A stretch of 64,000 nucleotides of DNA, from the NCBI GenBank assembly GCA_964615415.1, contig CAZTNI010000002.1, positions 190,745 to 254,744 on the forward strand, read 5' to 3'. Source of the stretch: an uncultured Candidatus Saccharibacteria bacterium (GTDB lineage Bacteria; Patescibacteriota; Minisyncoccia; Phycocordibacterales; SBAW01). The notes under the pieces were generated by a model. That model was not told the DNA's origin, searched no databases, and saw only the letters and a list, made by a program, of their open reading frames with translations. Below are positions 26,549 to 35,545 of this stretch, piece by piece; the first letter of the stretch is position 1; each line of letters opens with the position of its first letter. A program made the position numbers and the translations under genes.

Positions 26549-27326
26549 TAGGGAGTTCTGCAAGCTTACTAATGATGTCTTTAATGAGGCGCTCGGTATC
26601 TTCAGGACCGAGCACTTCTTCTGTTTTAATACCAGTTTCTTTTACGACAGAGTCGTTTCCGCCTTCTTCAAGCGCATCACCAATGTAGAGCATTTCCGCA
26701 ACAGTAACGTCTGCAAGTTCAACAAGTTGTCGAATACCGTATGCCTTGTTGACACCCTGATGCGTAATATCGATCGACGTTGCTGCATTTACTCCTATAG
26801 AAAATTCTGGTAGCCGACGCTTAAGGGCATCATAGAGCGGCTTCCGTTTCTCCCGAGTAGGATCCCACGCACGCTTTTCTTCAACAGGTGCTTTTTGGCC
26901 TAATGCAGAAAACGTGATCTGCGCACCTCTATCTTCTATGCGTTCACCCCACTCCTTCGGACGACTAGGATCATCTTCTGCAAAGCCAGTTTCTGTCATC
27001 GCTTCTTTCAAAGCTTGCATTACCTTTTCGCGTTCAATAGGGTTAAATGCACGATCATACTGTACCCACCACTTTCCCTTACGATACACATAACACCGCG
27101 CTGCATTCATAGGGAAGAGAAAGAGATTCTCAAAATGAGCATCCTCGGGGAGCGCAGGAAGAAACTGAGTCTCCATTTGGGCAAACGAGGCGCCTGAAAG
27201 CACCGCAACTTTTGTTTTACTCATAAGGTCTGCTAACAGAGACCCCATTTCAAGAGTGAGTGGCTGTTTACTTTCAGCGAGTGTTCCATCGAGGTCAAAC
27301 GCGACAAGTCGTGGTTTAAAATCCAT
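26535..27326 (-). CDS. HAD-IIB hydrolase resembling eukaryotic-type phosphomannomutase (PMM/Sec53 family)
   Basis: N-terminal FDLDGTL. SIGVNAATSIDITHQGVNKAYGIRQL fits the PMM GGqiSfDvfPxGWDK block. MLYIGDALEEGGNDSVV fits FFGDKT..GGNDyEI. PEDTERL fits PEDT. Confidence 0.65.
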   Translation of the reverse strand: MDFKPRLVAFDLDGTLAESKQPLTLEMGSLLADLMSKTKVAVLSGASFAQMETQFLPALPEDAHFENLFLFPMNAARCYVYRKGKWWVQYDRAFNPIEREKVMQALKEAMTETGFAEDDPSRPKEWGERIEDRGAQITFSALGQKAPVEEKRAWDPTREKRKPLYDALKRRLPEFSIGVNAATSIDITHQGVNKAYGIRQLVELADVTVAEMLYIGDALEEGGNDSVVKETGIKTEEVLGPEDTERLIKDIISKLAELPTTAS

Positions 27327-27331
27327 TGCAG

Positions 27332-29257
27332 TTATTGCAGATTATCGGGAAGTAAAATTTTCAATAATTTCTTTATCGACACCTTAGCGACACCCACTAC
27401 TGTATCAGCGCCCCCGTAATAAATGAAGAGCGTGTCTTTGCGTGGCACCACTCCGCAGGAAAAAACAACATTGCGGATCTGTCCAATGCGTTCATAGGGA
27501 GTAAGCGGCTCAAAAATAGTGTCTATGGTGCGAGAAATGATAATAGAAGGGTTGTGCAGATCGAGCAGTACCGCACCCAGACGATAGGTCGTTGTTTTTG
27601 ACACCCCGTGATAAATAAGGAGCCACCCTTTTTCCGTTTTAATAGGCGGACCAGCGATCCCGATTTTCTGTGAGTCCCACATGCCTGGACGAGGACCCAT
27701 AATCTCAATACAGCGAGTAAGGCGATTTTTCTTAAAATCAAGTGAGTCAAGAAAATCCGCGCACAGTTGGCTATTAATGCGGTGCAGCAACATATACTGC
27801 CCGCCGATTTTCTCGGGCATAAGGCACATGTTTTTATCATTGACGTTTTCTGGCGTAGCGATGACCGGTTTACTCCACGCGTTCCATTTTTTTGCAAGAA
27901 AATCCTCGACGGAGATCGTCGTTAAAGCAACATGCGTCGGATGAACACCGTCGAATGCGGTATAGGTCATGTATAAGGTGTCTTCAATGCGCGTGATGCG
28001 TGGATCTTCGCAGCCGGAATTACCATCTGGACTGCCGAGCTTTTTCTCAAATTCTTCACGCGGCACGTACACTGGTTCCGGCAATCGTTCTGTTATTTTT
28101 GTCCCATTTTTAGTTGCAGCGTATCCTAATACAGACGTATTATCGTCACCCATAGCACGATAGAGTAAGTGTACTGAGTCCTCAAGCTCAATTGCAGCCG
28201 CATTAAACACGGCTTTTTTCTCCCATGCATGTTCAGGAACAGGCGAAAGAATAGGATTTTCTTTGGCACGCACCACCAATTCCTCTCTTTTTTCAGGAAT
28301 CAGAGCAGAAAGAAGATCATCAAGATTGAGTGAGGCTTTAGCACACACTGTGTCTGCTGCACCGTAGTAAATATCTATTTTGCCGTTTTTGTGAAGCATG
28401 GCTCCTGACGGAAACACAATATTTGGCACCATGCCATACCGCTCATAGATTTCCTCCGGCACCATGATAGGGCCTTTTGTTTTGCCAACTATTTTTGTCG
28501 GGTCGTTAAGGTCAAGCAGCATTGCTTCGATACCAAACACACGCTCTCCGCCGCCAAAATAATTTTGAATGTAGGAATAAAATACGAGCCACCCGTACTT
28601 GGTTTTAATAGGAGCGGAACCAACTTCTACATGGTCAGTATCAAAACGGAGTGGATTAATGGTGTGATCTCCCAATTCTGCATGCCACTTTTCCCAAAAC
28701 GAGAGGTCCCAGAGTTCACTAAGATCATCGCACTGCGCAACCGCGATACGTGCCGGCGGCTCATCAGTGTGAGCAGTGAGAATAACTGTAATTTTACCGT
28801 TTATCCGTTCAGGGAAGAGCGCCGCAGCCTTAGCATTAAACGGCGTTACTAAATGTTTTTCATCAATGACCTCTAAGTCTTTAGAAATAGCACAGGCGAC
28901 TTTAATATTGCCCGGACCAAACGGCATACCACCAAGCGCGGTATAAAAAACAATGCATTTCCCTTCAAAATAGGTTACTCGCGGGTCTTCGCAACCGTAC
29001 TTTTCCCATGGTTCTTCCGGAACAATAAACTGTCGACGATTTTGGAAATGTTCACCGTCAAGCGAGAGTGCTTTTCCAATAGTCGAGATACCTGCTGGCG
29101 TCATAAGCGCATCAGGACGCCCAAGGGCACGATAGAGAATATGGGTTATGTTGCCAACCTTAACAGGAGAAGGGTTAAACGTAGCGCGCGCCTCCCATTG
29201 CTTATCTGCAATAGGAGCAACCAGAGGATTATTTTGACTCCGACGTACAACGTACAT
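27332..29257 (-). CDS. Protein with two tandem GH130 (DUF377) beta-mannoside phosphorylase/glycosidase domains
   Basis: Each half has NP(L/I)(V/L)xP...W...FNP...YRAxG...GCEDPR(V/I)T...KGWL(V/L)(F/I)YH...(D/N)(I/L)YYGxADT, the GH130 5-bladed propeller signature. Confidence 0.8.
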   Translation of the reverse strand: MYVVRRSQNNPLVAPIADKQWEARATFNPSPVKVGNITHILYRALGRPDALMTPAGISTIGKALSLDGEHFQNRRQFIVPEEPWEKYGCEDPRVTYFEGKCIVFYTALGGMPFGPGNIKVACAISKDLEVIDEKHLVTPFNAKAAALFPERINGKITVILTAHTDEPPARIAVAQCDDLSELWDLSFWEKWHAELGDHTINPLRFDTDHVEVGSAPIKTKYGWLVFYSYIQNYFGGGERVFGIEAMLLDLNDPTKIVGKTKGPIMVPEEIYERYGMVPNIVFPSGAMLHKNGKIDIYYGAADTVCAKASLNLDDLLSALIPEKREELVVRAKENPILSPVPEHAWEKKAVFNAAAIELEDSVHLLYRAMGDDNTSVLGYAATKNGTKITERLPEPVYVPREEFEKKLGSPDGNSGCEDPRITRIEDTLYMTYTAFDGVHPTHVALTTISVEDFLAKKWNAWSKPVIATPENVNDKNMCLMPEKIGGQYMLLHRINSQLCADFLDSLDFKKNRLTRCIEIMGPRPGMWDSQKIGIAGPPIKTEKGWLLIYHGVSKTTTYRLGAVLLDLHNPSIIISRTIDTIFEPLTPYERIGQIRNVVFSCGVVPRKDTLFIYYGGADTVVGVAKVSIKKLLKILLPDNLQ

Positions 29258-29285
29258 ACCGTAGTACTTAGTATACTCGAACTTT

Positions 29286-30440
29286 TTATGCGCCAGCTGG
29301 ACGCAATACAGCCTGTTGGTTGGTCATTAGTTTTTCTACAAACTCGCGTATGTCGGCATGTGCAACGGCAACATGCTTGTCACCCGCACCGTAATACACA
29401 AACAAGGTATTTCCCATGACTACAGCGCCGCATGCATACACAACACCAGGTTTCCAGTCGTTTTCATACTGTTTCTCTGGCTCAAGCACAGGGTGATTAG
29501 AGCGATACAGCACACGGGTTGGATCATCAAGGTCAAGAAGCATGGCGCCAATTTTATACTTGTTTGGATCACGTTTATCCATTGCATGATAAAGTAGCAG
29601 CCATCCTTTAGGAGTTTTAATAGGAGGAGGTCCGGCACCACGTACCCAGCTATCCCAATACTCCTCCCGAGCAGTGGGATGGTAGACGCTGTGGATGTAC
29701 GCTTCGTTATTAAATTGAGATAACGAGTCAACGTATTCAATTTGAATAGTAGGGGAAATACTGTGTAAAACAGCATACTTGCCGTGTATTCTTTCCGGAA
29801 ACATCACCCAATTTTTGTTAATTTCTCCAGGAGGAGAGAGGAAGGCGGTTGGTTTCCACTCCCAGGACTGTTGTCTAAATTTAGGAAGGGGGAGTGACGT
29901 AAGTCCCATGCGGATAAATCCCCACCCATCAAACGCGACAAAGGTCATATATAGTTGCCCATTCATGCTCACAATACGAGGATCTTCAACACCGCCCCAA
30001 CCTCCACCAGAGGGGTACGTTACCGTGTCGTACGTAAGAGTGCCATAAGACAGCCGACCCTTTGGCGCGCCAAAACTGCGGTCTGGCGCATAGACTGGGT
30101 AGGGAAGACGGTCGAAGTGAATACCGTCGGCACTTGAGGCATACCCGATGCGCGAAATACCGTCTTTACCCATCGCCCGGTACAGCAAATGCACCCGACC
30201 ATCAAAATAAAATGCTGCTGGATTGAAAACGGCTTCAGATTCCCACCAATGTTCGCGTATTGGTTTTAAAATAGGATTTTCTGCTTCGCGCACGAGGGCA
30301 ATAGGCCGGCGAATTTGACGAAGCCAAAAGACAAAGAGAGCGACACATACAACCAAAACGACTATAGTCGCAGCAAAAAATGCTATACCGTTTCCGTGGT
30401 ATATCTCCATTACAAAAGCCGCAAGCAAAGAAGTCTCCAT
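29286..30440 (-). CDS. GH130 (DUF377) family protein with an N-terminal membrane anchor
   Basis: TM segment IAFFAATIVVLVVCVALFVFWL. Motifs ENPILKP...WESEAVFNPAAF...LLYRAMG...VEDPRIV...KGWLLLYHA...YYGAGD. Confidence 0.8.
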   Translation of the reverse strand: METSLLAAFVMEIYHGNGIAFFAATIVVLVVCVALFVFWLRQIRRPIALVREAENPILKPIREHWWESEAVFNPAAFYFDGRVHLLYRAMGKDGISRIGYASSADGIHFDRLPYPVYAPDRSFGAPKGRLSYGTLTYDTVTYPSGGGWGGVEDPRIVSMNGQLYMTFVAFDGWGFIRMGLTSLPLPKFRQQSWEWKPTAFLSPPGEINKNWVMFPERIHGKYAVLHSISPTIQIEYVDSLSQFNNEAYIHSVYHPTAREEYWDSWVRGAGPPPIKTPKGWLLLYHAMDKRDPNKYKIGAMLLDLDDPTRVLYRSNHPVLEPEKQYENDWKPGVVYACGAVVMGNTLFVYYGAGDKHVAVAHADIREFVEKLMTNQQAVLRPAGA

Positions 30441-30469
30441 TGCCTTACCGTGTCTCTATATTGTACACC

Positions 30470-30823
30470 CTAGTTCCTGCCGTATTTGTCTTGGAAGCGT
30501 ACTATATCGTTTTCTTCAAAGACACCGAGAGCAACTTCAAGAAATTGCAGGCCCTGCGGCCCCGCCTCTACTCTATGTTTAGTATTTTTTGCAACAAAAA
30601 ACTCGTCTCCAGGCTGCACGTGAGAGATCTTTTCACCTACCGTCACACTTCCCGAACCTCGGAGGATTTTCCATTCTTCATCGCGGTGGGCGTGTTGCTG
30701 CAAACTCAGCGATTGACTAGGTTCTACGGTGATTATTTTTACCGTCGAAGGCTCATTAAGAGTAAAACGCTCAAAAAATCCCCACGGACGCTCTTCTTTG
30801 TAATAATGTTGAAAACTTTTCAT
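30470..30823 (-). CDS. Cupin resembling the mannose-6-phosphate isomerase type II (ManC C-terminal) cupin domain
   Basis: EERPWGFFERF...VKIITVEPSQSLSLQQHAHRDEEWKILRGSGSVTVGE...ENDIVRFQDKYGR matches the PMI type II cupin pattern. Confidence 0.7.
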   Translation of the reverse strand: MKSFQHYYKEERPWGFFERFTLNEPSTVKIITVEPSQSLSLQQHAHRDEEWKILRGSGSVTVGEKISHVQPGDEFFVAKNTKHRVEAGPQGLQFLEVALGVFEENDIVRFQDKYGRN

Positions 30824-30834
30824 AATACAGACGA

Positions 30835-31236
30835 TCAGCGATTATATTTATCTTCCAAGCGTTCGATATCATTTTCATCAAATTCCCCAAAAGCAATTTC
30901 CACCAACAGCAGACCGTCGTCTTTGTGTCCCTCGAGGCGATGAAGGGTAGTACGCGGGATAAAAAAACCTTCTGGTTTATATATTTCCACGCGCTCGGTG
31001 CCCACTGTGACATATCCCGCACCAGATACAATGCGCCAAAATTCATCGCGCTTTTGATGTCGCTGTAAACTAAGGGCTTCGCCAGGTTTTACAAAAATAA
31101 TCTTTACCGTTGAGTGCTCTTGGTGAGTTAATTTTTCAAACATCACCTTTTCAAGCTCTGTGCGTTCATATGCACTCAACTGGCGAGCATGATCAGGAAA
31201 TAAATCCGTAGATTGCATGCATATACGGTAGCACAC
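30835..31236 (-). CDS. Second PMI-type cupin (paralog of 30470..30823). N-terminus uncertain.
   Basis: VKIIFVKPGEALSLQRHQKRDEFWRIVSGAGYVTVG...ENDIERLEDKYNR. Alternative internal Met starts possible. Confidence 0.65.
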   Translation of the reverse strand: MCYRICMQSTDLFPDHARQLSAYERTELEKVMFEKLTHQEHSTVKIIFVKPGEALSLQRHQKRDEFWRIVSGAGYVTVGTERVEIYKPEGFFIPRTTLHRLEGHKDDGLLLVEIAFGEFDENDIERLEDKYNR

Positions 31237-31317
31237 CGCTCAGATCTTCAGAACACTTTACAAAGTTGGAAAATATAGTAGAGTCCTAAAGGAAGCGTTT
31301 TTGGATTGGAGGAGAAC

Positions 31318-31617
31318 ATGTTTCAACGAATGCAGTCCTGGATCCCGCCCTGGGGAACTCGATCCCTGAGGAAGTTTGAGGCGTTTGTAAAGAACCATGA
31401 TTGTCGATCCGTGACAGTCAGTACTCTTGTCGCTGTGCCCGTAAACAGCGACGGGGAAGGGGATGTTTTTCTTGTCGCAAAAACCAGAACACCTGAGGGC
31501 AAGAAAGCGTCGTACAAATACAAAACTTCTTTGCATGGCCTGAACGCTCGTGCACAAGCCTTGGGTCGTCTCCTTAGGCGAAGAGTTTCCTCCCACATCA
31601 CGGTCGCTGTTGCCTAA
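31318..31617 (+). CDS. Hypothetical small basic protein
   Basis: Strong GGAGGAG Shine-Dalgarno 5 nt upstream of the ATG. Intrinsic terminator immediately after the stop. No recognisable family. Confidence 0.35.
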   Translation: MFQRMQSWIPPWGTRSLRKFEAFVKNHDCRSVTVSTLVAVPVNSDGEGDVFLVAKTRTPEGKKASYKYKTSLHGLNARAQALGRLLRRRVSSHITVAVA

Positions 31618-31627
31618 GAATTCCATT

Positions 31628-31664
31628 GAGTCCATACCCTATGAGTATGGACTCTTTTCTTTTT
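31628..31664 (+). terminator. Rho-independent terminator (+ strand)
   Basis: GAGTCCATACcctatgaGTATGGACTCttttcttttt. 10-bp stem plus T-run. Confidence 0.65.
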
Positions 31665-32524
31665 CATAGTTCCTCTATACGCAGGTTTTTAAATTGCACG
31701 TCCATAAAGTCGGTACGGAGGCCTACGGGCGCCTTAGCTCGTAAGGGCTCGGTCTGGGCATAGTTCCCCGTATCGGTCGCCTCAAGCAAGAGTTCCCATG
31801 AATCTTCTAAAGAGCGACGCAGGTAGAGCCGCACCGTAACAGAGGAATCAGAGTTCGTAATTGCTTCACTTTGTAAAGAAAACCACTGTCGCTGCGGCAG
31901 GAGACTGGTGTCGTCTTGCGAGCCAACATACGTTCCTTCAAATGCTGCGGCTTGGGCCATGGTGTAGTACACTCCTTCCACTTTTTTCTTAATCACTGCA
32001 GTGCCGTCTACCCGCACACCTGCGTAATACAAATTGTCACTATCGACATGTCGCATCATAAATAAAATACCGTTTGAAGCATTGCGATTAGAGCTTGGCA
32101 AAAAATTGTCTCGCTCTATATAAAAATCTTCTGAGATACGCACCTGTTCCCACGCACTACGAGTAAGCAGACGAAATATATTTTGTGGCTGCGCACCATT
32201 TTTCGTATCTTCTGGATCACTTGCTTGATATGCTCGATACCACTGGTCGGTTTCGGACAAGTTACCAAAGAGTGTACTTCCTGTGTGGTTACTAATACGT
32301 AGCCGGCCACCTGAATTGAGCCAAAAGTACGGACTTTTACTTTCCTCTGGAGTCGCGGCTTCTTCTAACACCCCATCTACATTGAAACTGTATATAAATG
32401 GAGAGGGCACAGAAGCATAATTTTTCTCATGGGGTGCAAAGATAACAAAGGCGAGGGTAAGCCCTCCCGCAACCGCAAGCAAAGTTCCTCCTAGGTGTTG
32501 TATTGATTCAGGTACCTTCACCAC
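31664..32524 (-). CDS. Secreted/anchored concanavalin-like (LamG/DUF1080-like) jellyroll protein. Paralog A of the 46125..46946 gene.
   Basis: N-terminal hydrophobic anchor. Shared blocks with paralog B: PQNIFRL, LYYAGVRVDG.A.IKKK, LLP...W, NNSD.SVT..LY, RTDFMDV.F.N. Confidence 0.7.
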   Translation of the reverse strand: MVKVPESIQHLGGTLLAVAGGLTLAFVIFAPHEKNYASVPSPFIYSFNVDGVLEEAATPEESKSPYFWLNSGGRLRISNHTGSTLFGNLSETDQWYRAYQASDPEDTKNGAQPQNIFRLLTRSAWEQVRISEDFYIERDNFLPSSNRNASNGILFMMRHVDSDNLYYAGVRVDGTAVIKKKVEGVYYTMAQAAAFEGTYVGSQDDTSLLPQRQWFSLQSEAITNSDSSVTVRLYLRRSLEDSWELLLEATDTGNYAQTEPLRAKAPVGLRTDFMDVQFKNLRIEEL

Positions 32525-34131
32525 GTATATGTTTTTGCCGACACGTTAGTAATTATTGCATCTGCACTACCCATAGCAGGGTCCCAGGATTCTATACCAA
32601 TGCCACCTGATGCATTTGCAAGAGTTGCATTAATAATCTCTTCTCCGTCAAACAAACACTTAACTGTTGTACCGATACTGACCGCACCAATCGTGTGAGT
32701 TCCTGGTCCCACCTCGGGGGCTTTTGCTTCGCGCAATACGAATATGTCTACAGGAGTACGCTCCTGCAGCTGTACAGTGCCTGCATCAGAAAACACACAC
32801 GCACGCGCTATTTGCTCACTCTGTACGTCAAACAACAACATCATGTATCCATGATCCCACGCAGCAGATACTTCTACTTCATATTCGTCCCATGTATAGG
32901 TACCGTCCAATGTTGCAAGAGCGCCCGTAGTGCTTGAAGCAGCACGCAGTCGCATGCCACCACTTTCCATAGTCATAGTGCCCCAATCACTCTCCCATCC
33001 ACTCTCTACATGCGGAGTTTCGCCGTAAGGAAGAGCTTTTGGAGACGCCGCCTGCAAACGGGCAAGCAGGTCGTCACCCGACCATTCTGGCCGCACCGGA
33101 ATGCGTTTAATTAGAAACGCTCGGGGATTAGGATAATTAAAGGTAAAATTTCCTCTATTCCAGTTTTGATAAAACGCCAACGAATATGACTGCAGTGCGA
33201 TACGCATTATAGTTGCTTGCGCCTCGGGGTTATTGCTTATATTTTGTCCATAATCACCAAACGGGAAAGCGAATCCAGTAACGGGTATATCAAATGCCTG
33301 TTCTATATGTTGTTTAGCAGTAGCCAAGTCGGTGTGTATGCGGGCAGCATACTCCTCGTGAGTTTCGAGACGGTTGTGTGCCGTAAGCCACGCACGGTTC
33401 GACAGCGCATTATCTTGCAAAGTACCTTCACTGTTTGTAGGTACAGTAGTGTGTATATCTTGCCCGTGTGACTGTACGGTCCACCGACCGGTCGAGAGCA
33501 TAAACTCTACTTCGTCCCGATTCAGATAATAGGTGCTGTTGTTACCAAGTGAGTGAGACGGGAGCAAAAACATAACAGCACTATAATCCAGCGCCTCCAG
33601 AAGAGGTTGTACAGGATAGAAGCTTTCTTTCGCACCATCATCAAAAGTAAGCAGAAATGATTTTTCCGGTAATTGTTTTTCCCCACGGATAAAAGCTTCA
33701 AAATCCGCATAAGAAACCGTTTGCCACCCCGCGGCCTTAAGAGCAAACAGCTGATCTTTAAAGGTATCAAGGCGTACGTTGGCTCCCTCAAAACCAGACA
33801 TTGTATCAGGTGCGCCTGTACTGTTGGAGACAATAGAGTGATAGGTCAGCACGGGAACCCCTTGCGCGTACGACGTACGCACAGTAGGGAGGAGTTCGTG
33901 CGTAATCGACTCAGGCACTGCAGCAAGGAGACTAATTCCTTGTTGTCGTGCAAGATATTCAGCACGATACTGCAACGCCATAACAGACATCTTTTGCCGT
34001 TCGAAAGAGAATCGCAAATAATCTATAGCGTAAAAACTACCAAAGGAAATGATCGTTGCCAAAATAAGCACCACGATAGAAAATCGTATTTTGGTGTCCA
34101 CTATACTGCGCTGTAACGTAAGTAGTGCCAT
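32518..34131 (-). CDS. Membrane-anchored CE4 polysaccharide deacetylase with a C-terminal lectin-like jellyroll domain
   Basis: N-terminal TM. VLTYHSI...LLTFDDGAKESFYPV...AFPFGDYG NodB motifs. C-terminal ~170 aa ending ...GGIGIESWD...AIITNVSAKTY resemble a concanavalin-like domain. Confidence 0.8.
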   Translation of the reverse strand: MALLTLQRSIVDTKIRFSIVVLILATIISFGSFYAIDYLRFSFERQKMSVMALQYRAEYLARQQGISLLAAVPESITHELLPTVRTSYAQGVPVLTYHSIVSNSTGAPDTMSGFEGANVRLDTFKDQLFALKAAGWQTVSYADFEAFIRGEKQLPEKSFLLTFDDGAKESFYPVQPLLEALDYSAVMFLLPSHSLGNNSTYYLNRDEVEFMLSTGRWTVQSHGQDIHTTVPTNSEGTLQDNALSNRAWLTAHNRLETHEEYAARIHTDLATAKQHIEQAFDIPVTGFAFPFGDYGQNISNNPEAQATIMRIALQSYSLAFYQNWNRGNFTFNYPNPRAFLIKRIPVRPEWSGDDLLARLQAASPKALPYGETPHVESGWESDWGTMTMESGGMRLRAASSTTGALATLDGTYTWDEYEVEVSAAWDHGYMMLLFDVQSEQIARACVFSDAGTVQLQERTPVDIFVLREAKAPEVGPGTHTIGAVSIGTTVKCLFDGEEIINATLANASGGIGIESWDPAMGSADAIITNVSAKTYTW

Positions 34132-34151
34132 AGAATTTTACCTAGACTGTG

Positions 34152-35531
34152 TTAACGCGTACCCCACCGCCGATTTTGAATAGTAAGGAGGGCATAGAAG
34201 AGAAGGAACGATAGTATCACCATGTTGAAGATGCCCCACACAAACAGATACGGCCAGTATTTATTATCTTTACTAACGTATCGGTAGTAGACCACTATCA
34301 CAAACGCCACCAACAACATGCCGGCGCAGTAGTAGATAGGCAAATTGCCATGCACAATTGGGTTGTACACAAGCGCTCGTGTAGCCATAATCGGCGCAAG
34401 TATAGTCACCAGAATAAGAGGGAAAAAGTACGTAAACGCCACAAATGCGTCTCGTTTAATGATGAATTTGCTTGCGCGAAGCGAATTTACAAACCACCCT
34501 TTCTTCCAGCGCACCTGCTGTTTAAAGAGGGTTTTTATATTTGTAGGACAGATAGTAAACGCCTGCACTTCATCGGTATATACGGTTGCATAGCCTCGCT
34601 CCAGAACTCGGTTAGTAAGCGCACGATCGTCGCCCCATGTAGTTGGAAGTCCGAGGAATTTTTCTTCGAGCCATTCGTCCATAATAGGAGCTACCACTGA
34701 TTTGCGGTACGCGGACGAACATCCACTACAACAAAACACGGTAAAGAAGGTTGACTCCGCTGCTTTCAGGATGCGAAACGACATAAAGTAATACGCCGCC
34801 TGCATTTTAGTAAGGAAGTTAGTGTCGGCATTTTCCGGGTCAGCATGTGCACAGACAGCCCCTACAGATGGGTTACGGAACGGTTCTATCAGCTTTCTGA
34901 ATGTCGTTGGCTCAATGTAACTATCACTATCGAGCTGTACGACAATTTCTCCACGAGCGATCCGAAACCCTTCATACATGCCGTGTCGCTTGCCGCGATT
35001 TTTCTCCCATGTCACCACAACCAAGTTCGGATACTGCGCTTGTTTTTCTGCAAGGACCGCACCGGTGCCGTCTGTCGATCCGTCATTAATAATAATGACT
35101 TCGAGCTTATCTTTTGGATAATCGCTCGCAAAACATTTATCGACGGTTTTTCCTATGGCTCCTTCTTCGTTTTTACAAGGCACCACATATGTCACCATAG
35201 GCTCATAGGGGATTTCTTCGGGCACAGACGCAGCCTTAAGGAGTCGTTTTGAACGATCGTACATAACCGCTCCCGCAACACGCGACAACTGAAATGTGGT
35301 CACAAACAAGGTGTAGAGCACAATAAGGGGGTCAAAGAGCAGATGCTCAGTTGATTTTGACTTTACGATCAGGATAAGCAGTATGCCGACACCCGCTAAT
35401 ATGAGCGAAATAAGCAGGTTGCCTCGTGTATGCGAAGCGGGCTCGCGCACCACCGTCGCATTATTTTTTAGAAGCGGAGCAAAAGAAGTACTCCGCACTC
35501 GAATGTCGTTCATGGGGGTACGCATGCTCAT
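34152..35531 (-). CDS. Processive family-2 glycosyltransferase (cellulose/chitin/hyaluronan/PNAG synthase-like) with TM helices on both sides of the catalytic domain
   Basis: VVPCKNEE...IINDGSTDGT (D), QLDSDSY (DxD), GDDRALT, QVRWKKGW (QxxRW processivity motif). Two N-terminal and 3-4 C-terminal TM helices. Confidence 0.85.
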   Translation of the reverse strand: MSMRTPMNDIRVRSTSFAPLLKNNATVVREPASHTRGNLLISLILAGVGILLILIVKSKSTEHLLFDPLIVLYTLFVTTFQLSRVAGAVMYDRSKRLLKAASVPEEIPYEPMVTYVVPCKNEEGAIGKTVDKCFASDYPKDKLEVIIINDGSTDGTGAVLAEKQAQYPNLVVVTWEKNRGKRHGMYEGFRIARGEIVVQLDSDSYIEPTTFRKLIEPFRNPSVGAVCAHADPENADTNFLTKMQAAYYFMSFRILKAAESTFFTVFCCSGCSSAYRKSVVAPIMDEWLEEKFLGLPTTWGDDRALTNRVLERGYATVYTDEVQAFTICPTNIKTLFKQQVRWKKGWFVNSLRASKFIIKRDAFVAFTYFFPLILVTILAPIMATRALVYNPIVHGNLPIYYCAGMLLVAFVIVVYYRYVSKDNKYWPYLFVWGIFNMVILSFLLFYALLTIQNRRWGTR

Positions 35532-35545
35532 GTGGGGTTTTGTTT

